From Mobula hypostoma (taxonomy: Eukaryota): 64,000 nt of DNA. How positions within the stretch are numbered: position 1 is the stretch's first letter; each line of letters opens with the position of its first letter. Positions 61,519-64,000 of the stretch are shown here, one piece after another. The notes beneath the pieces are model-generated. The model was not told the origin of the DNA, made no database searches, and saw only the letters and a program-made list of their open reading frames with translations. The translations under genes and the position numbers were made by a program. The stretch lies in contig NC_086097.1 in NCBI RefSeq assembly GCF_963921235.1, forward strand, positions 185,878,001-185,942,000. Direction: 5' to 3'.

Positions 61519-62386
61519 TGACTTTATTTCTTACATCCTTCACATACGTAAAAATCTTTACGTTACATCTCCATCTAAATGTGCAATTTATAGTAATTTG
61601 TAATAAATAGTATGTACATCAGGACAGTCAATATAGCATAGAAATACAATTGTATCAGCATGAATTAATCAGTCTGATGACATGGTGGAAGAAGCTGTCC
61701 TGGAGCCTGTTGGTCCTGGCTTTAATGCTGTGGTACCGTTTCCCAGATGGTAGCAACTGGAACAGTTTGTGGTTGGGGCGACTCAAGTCCCCAATAATCC
61801 TTCAGGCCCTTTTTATACACCTGTCTTTGTAAATGTCCTGAATGGTGGGAAGTTCACATCTACAGATGCACTGGTCTGTCCACACCACTGTCTGCACAGT
61901 GCTGTGATTGAGGAAAGTACAGTTCCCATACCAGGCAGTGATGTAGCCAGTCAGGATGCTCTCAATTGTGCCCCCGTAGAATGTCTTTAGGATTTGGGGA
62001 CTCATGCCGAACTTCTTCAACCGTCTGATGTAAAAGAAGTACTGTTGCGCTTTTTTCACCACACAACCAGTACGTACAGACCATGTAAGACCCTTCGTGA
62101 TGTGTATGCTGAGGAATTTAAAGCTGTTCACCCTCTCAATCCCAGATCCATTGATGTCAATAGGGGTTAGTCTGTCTCCACTCCTCCTGTAGTGTAGTCC
62201 ACAACCAGCTCCTTTATATTTGCAACACTGAGGGGGAGGTTGTTTTCTTGACACCACCATGTCAGAGTGAAGACTTCCTCTCTGTAAGCTGCCTCATTAT
62301 TATTTGAGATAAGGCCAATCAATGTAGTGTCATTGGCAAATTTAATTAGCAGATTGGAGTTGTGGGTGGCAACAGAGTCATGGGTA
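61519..62386 (-). mobile_element. Rex1/Babar-type LINE 3' portion
   Basis: KFANDTTLIGLI, VNSFKFL and ESILTGYITAWYGNC. Confidence 0.85.
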
Positions 62387-62389
62387 TTG

Positions 62390-64000
62390 TGCAAGGCCTA
62401 TCAGCGGTGGCAACTGAGCTTGACGAACTAAATAAAAATACAGAAGGAATAAGCGGAGCGGCCATTGTTGGGAGTAGGCCAGTGGCGAGGGTAGAAGTGA
62501 CAGGCTTTTGCTCATTCAGGCGTTGGCGAAAGCGGCTTCAGCGAGGTAAGTGGACTTTGTTTTTGGTTTTTCTTTGCATTTATTTTTTGAGGAATAGTGA
62601 TAATGTCCGTAGGGTTAGTTTTCTGCTCTGGGTGTCAGATTTGGGGATCCTGGGAATCTTCCAGTCTCCCAGATGGCCTCATCTGCACCAGGTGCACTGA
62701 GATGCAGCTCCTGGGAGACCGTGTTAGGGACCTGGAGCAGCAGCTTGATGACGTACAGCTTATTAGGGAGAGTGAGCAGGAGATAGAGAGGAGCTACAGG
62801 AAGTTAATCACCCTGAGGCTGCAGGAGTTAGATAAGTGGGTGATGGTCAGGGAAGTGAAGGGAAGAGCTCAGATAGTAGAGAGCACCCCTGTGGCCATTC
62901 CCCTCAGTAATCGTTATCTCATTTTGGATGCTGTTGAGGGGGATGACCTGACAGAGGAGGACCATGGCGATCGGGTGTCTGGCACTGAGCCTGGTTCCAT
63001 GGTGCAGAAGGGAGAGAGGAAGATGAAGAATGCGGTAGGCATAGGGGATTTTATAGTGAGGGGAACAGACAGGAGGTTCTGTCAGCCTGATAGAGATACC
63101 CACATGGTGTGTTGTCTCCCAGGTGCCAGAGTACAGGATGTCTCAGATCAGGTGCAGAGTACTCTGAAGGGAGAGGGTGAATAGCCAGAAGTCTTGGTAC
63201 ACGTTGGTACCGATGACATAGGTAGAAAAAGGGAGGAGGTCCTGAAGAGAGAATACAGGGAGTTAGGTAGGAAGCTGAAAAGTAGGACCTCTAGGATAGT
63301 AATCTCAGGATATTGCTGCCTGTGCCACATGCTAGCGAGTGCAAGAAGAGCATGATCAGACATATGAATGTGTGGCTGAGAGACTGGTGCAGGGGCAGGA
63401 ATTCAGATTTCTGGATCACTGGGGCCTCTTCTGGGGGAGGTACAACCTGTACAAAAAGGACAGTTTACACCCAAACCCAAAAGGGTCCAATATCCTAGCA
63501 GGCAGGTTTAATAGAGCTGAGTGATAGGGCTGAGGAAGGGGAAAACAATAGGTCAAAGATAGCGTGCAACAGAGATTATAGAAAGAACAGGCAGGAGATG
63601 AGGCTTAATCAAAGCCAGTGGGATGAGTTACAGGGCAATAAAGGCATGGTGCAGTTAAATCAGAAAGCAACAAATACTGGACTGAAAGTGTTAGATTTGA
63701 ATGCACGCAACATAAGGAATAAAGTGGACAATCTAGAAATTCAGCTACAGATTGGCAAATATGATGTTGTGGCCATCTCTGAAACTTGGCTAAATGATGG
63801 CTGCCATTGGGAGCTGAACGTCCAAGGATATACGGTATATCAGAAGGATAGGTTAGTAGGCAGAGGGGGTGGTGTGGCTCTGTGTACAAGAAGTAATATT
63901 AAATCATTAGAAAGGGATGACATAGGATTGGAAGGTGTAGAGTCCCTATGGGATGAGTTAAGAAATGGCAAGGGTAGGAGACCCTAATGGCAGTTGTATA
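62390..64000 (+). mobile_element. CR1 LINE 5' part (5' UTR, ORF1 zinc finger/coiled coil/SGNH esterase, ORF2 endonuclease start), runs off the window
   Basis: CSGC..CTRC, VGIGDFIVR, CCLPGARVQDV and HVGTDD (ORF1, with stop and frameshift). LDLNARNIRNK..AISETWL..GGGVAL (APE). Confidence 0.92.

Noticed and set aside
1..64000. CRISPR arrays, operons, rRNA or other prokaryotic systems
   Set aside because: No regularly spaced repeats or gene-dense structure. The window is spliceosomal intron sequence with vertebrate retroelements.

Overview
Eukaryotic, repeat-dense vertebrate DNA. The mix of CR1/HER1-type LINEs, HE1-like V-SINEs, Penelope and Rex1/Babar elements points to a cartilaginous fish, probably a ray; this is inference from repeat content. 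The window lies inside one minus-strand host gene, NECAB1 (N-terminal EF-hand calcium-binding protein 1). Three coding exons absent from the ORF track were found by reading splice sites: 60609-60634 (26 nt), 59173-59270 (98 nt) and 21785-21921 (137 nt). They splice in frame to (N)[86 protein letters not shown](R). The rest is intron, including one of about 37.3 kb, filled with decayed and often nested retroelements. These include a full-length L1 with TSD, many CR1 and Rex1/Babar pieces, three Gypsy relics, a solo LTR, a two-LTR BEL/Pao element, Penelope elements with minimal hammerhead ribozyme motifs, RTE tails, a Hero-like fragment and V-SINEs. I found no clearly new biological system. The best leads are the altered EF-hand-2 loop in the 26-nt microexon, the Penelope hammerheads and hairpins and their strand bias, and a CpG-rich CsRn1-like Gypsy. 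Family assignments come from motif recognition, not database searches. Repeat boundaries without a TSD are approximate.
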